Made by a program: the position numbers and the translations under genes. From positions 6,758,001-6,822,000 of the forward strand of contig CM022675.1 in NCBI GenBank assembly GCA_012295275.1: a DNA stretch of 64,000 nucleotides, given 5' to 3'. The first letter of the stretch is position 1. Each line of letters begins with the position of its first letter. The stretch comes from Chrysomallon squamiferum (Eukaryota > Animalia > Mollusca). The notes below the pieces were generated by a model. The model ran no database searches, was not told the origin of the DNA, and worked only from the letters and a program-made list of their open reading frames with translations. Below, piece by piece: positions 60,826 to 64,000 of the stretch.

Positions 60826-61980
60826 AGACAACTCCAACTATCAGCGATGTCTTTTAATAATCATTGTTACTGTATTTGTGTTCTTCATTTTCTTTACTTC
60901 TCTTCCAGCTTTCTTATTAAACAAATAATAGCCACATTTCAAAAACCAACCATCATTTAACTGTCATAATCCCCTCAACAAAACTATCAGTTGTCTGGTC
61001 AGAAGTTAAAACCACAGTTCTGTGTTAACTGGTTCAAATCTGATACCAGTGTGCTCTGAAGTGCATTATACAAGATTGCAAGAACAGATATACAACAGAA
61101 AACCACAACCCCACCAAAAAAAAAAACACATTAAAAACTTTTTAAAATAAGAGTAATGGACATTTTAATGATATCTTCAGTTCATTGATTTGAATTATAA
61201 TGTAAATATGTATGTTCAGAAAGCACTGTTTTGTTGATTTTATTTATAATGTAAATATGTGTTTAAAATGCACTGGTTTCATTGTTTCAGTTATAATGTA
61301 TATATTTATCAAAAACATTCAAGACTTCTTCCAAAAAAGATTAATAAACCTTTCTTCAGGTCATTAATTTCAGAGGTTTTAGGGCTTAAATTATAATTAT
61401 TAAAAAATGATGAAAAAAAGAAGAAAAAAAAAAACCAAACCAAAAAAAACACAAAATAAACACAACAAAACAAAAACATGTACATTCAGCACTTAACAGC
61501 AGTTCTCAGAAAACTGTTCAGACATACATCATCAAGGAAATTTGTTGATTCATTCAAAACAATATTGACTGATTGTAATGACTTAAAAAACCCCATTAAA
61601 GCCAAATGCAGCATTTAGAGCTAAATGTCTGCTGCAGTCCAGTGGATATAAAAAAAAAAAAGTTATTTATTTTAAAAAAAATGTTATTGGTGGTTTGTTT
61701 CCATTGTAATCCCAAGCCAGTAGCATGGCTGAACATGCTGCATTTGACAATAACCTCTAATTGTGTTATCCTGTTCACTTCTTAATCATTTCCTTATCAT
61801 TCATGGACCAGCAGATCCAGTATTACTGAGCATGCTTAGCTTGCGTTTTTAGCTTATATCAATATTTGACTGTACTGAGAAAAACTTGCTAATTTAGTCG
61901 TAAGTAAGGTTTATGACTGCTGGAACTAAAGTGGAGGAATAAGAAAATAGAACAATAAAGGGAATAAAGACATGCAAAAA

Positions 61981-62033
<53 letters not shown>

Positions 62034-62373
62034 GAGACAAGGAAGGAGTGAGAGACAAAAAAGAGAAAGATGGGAGAGAGAGAGAGATAACAATAAAGGA
62101 AACAAAGACAAAACAAGAAAGACAGAACTGGTGAGAGAAAGAGTGAGAGAGACACAAAAAAAGAAGGAAACTTTGAACTGGATGAAAGAGAGAAATAGAG
62201 AAATAGAGAAAGAGCGAAATGGAGAGATAGAGAAACATTTTCACAGAGAGAAAGTAATGATTTAAGATCCATGTTTATCAATTTAGACATAAAGTACTCA
62301 TACATATGCAACTTCAAAACCACACATTTATACTTATCAAAACTATAAAATCTACCAGGACACTTATTTATTA

Positions 62374-62421
<48 letters not shown>

Positions 62422-62500
62422 TCTCTCCAGACCCACTCAAACATATCACCTACATCTACTTATTAACACTGTGACATAAACCTAGATATCTATTATTAAA

Positions 62501-62534
<34 letters not shown>

Positions 62535-63422
62535 CTCGTCTCCAAAACCCACTACAGCATACCACCTACATATATACCTATTAAATCAGCAAGGCAAACT
62601 TGTGTCCCCTATTATTTGATCTGTGTGGTAGTCATAATGAACTGTTTTGTTAAGGTGAGGGCAAGATAAGCTTCAATACCATTGTTTGATAATGTATGTT
62701 TGTTGAGCTTTTTCTTACTGCTTGCAACACTTCAGTCAATGTTTATCGATTGCTTTCATTTTTCTGTGTTTGACCTATGTACACTTTCAACTCCAAGTTC
62801 TTTGTGTTAAAGCACACCTACCAAAACATTCGGACAAAACTTTTGTTATTAATTTTGTGTAAACTGCCATGTAGAGATGTTTGTTCCTCATAGATATCAT
62901 TTTATTATTTATTTATTTCATTTATGTGTTGTTATTAATATTATTTTTTTTTTCATCTGTTTAAAGAAGCACCTTTAGCAGTGCTTTTCTGGCTAGAAGT
63001 TTTGGTCAAATTTCATGTTTGTTTGTTTGTTTGTTTGTTTGTTTATTTAAGTGCACATATATACTAAACAATTTGAAACAAAATGTTTTTAAATTAAAAT
63101 GTATGAACTGTTGTTTTGTTCTGTTTTTGTCTTTTTTAAAATTATTTGTTTAACTTACTTATTTATTTATTATTTATTTATGTTTGTTTTTTTGTTTATT
63201 TATTTGTTTATTTGTTTATTTGTTTGTTTAATTATTTGTTTGTTTATTTGTTTATTTATGTGTTTGTTTGTTTGTTTGTTTGTTTGTTTATATATTCTAA
63301 GGTGGTTGTAACAAAAGCCTAAATTCACTTTGTATGCATCCAAGGAACTGCTCTGTTGCCAAATTTAAACAAAACATTTTTGATAATAAAGTAAAATAAT
63401 AATATAATAATGATGATGATGA

Positions 63423-63474
<52 letters not shown>

Positions 63475-63567
63475 TTTTTTTTTTTTATTTTATAATTTTG
63501 GTTTTATTATTATTATTTTTTTTTTTTTTTGGCATTTCTTCATGGCAGATACTTGCTTTTGAAGCAC

Positions 63568-63598
<31 letters not shown>

Positions 63599-63939
63599 AA
63601 TTTTCTTGACAGCCAAATAACTAAGTTGTCTTGGTCCAACCAAATACCAAGGGTCAAACAATCACATTGTAATACCTATTGATTTTTTATCGATCTCATT
63701 ATTTCACCTGTATTGGGTGATAATTTCATACCTGTGTTCAGGTGAATCTGACATTTTTGTGAAAATCAATGGCTGATGCTTTCAGACTGTCTAAGACACA
63801 AAGACTTTGTTTATTTATAACTTGATAAAAGTTAATATCTTCTTTGAGTAATATGGAATGTGTGGAGTTTTTTTTTTTTTTGAATTTCTTCATATATAAA
63901 AAAAATAACGTAAAAAACAAAATATTTCATTTATTTAAA

Positions 63940-63982
<43 letters not shown>

Positions 63983-64000
63983 TATAATCTGATTAATTTT

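Overview
Eukaryotic (metazoan), AT-rich, microsatellite-dense genomic DNA with spliceosomal GT-AG introns. It is probably molluscan, inferred only from degenerate SINE remnants. Contents: (1) two tandem, same-strand, 8-exon paralogs of a LIV-1-family zinc importer (ZIP10/ZIP6/foi-like; copy A 1-13352, about 854 aa, intact; copy B 21876-31673, about 709 aa, with two apparent frameshifts). (2) A 25-exon separase (ESPL1) gene on the minus strand (57193-34142) with three apparent +1 indels. (3) The probable first coding exon of an unidentified gene (57779-57844), head-to-head with separase. (4) An internally deleted hAT/Buster transposon with TIRs and an 8-bp TSD, SINE remnants and many tandem repeats. 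Most notable: an in-phase U_UUA_AAC slippery heptamer inside the -1 frame overlap of ZIP copy B (secreted His-rich protein versus full transporter, though assembly error is a strong alternative); localized gene conversion of exon 3 between otherwise diverged paralogs; recurrent tandem repeats that copy exon-intron junctions and create decoy splice sites; and a CDE/CHR element in the separase promoter. All gene models were built by hand from splice signals, phase compatibility and remembered family motifs; no database search was run.
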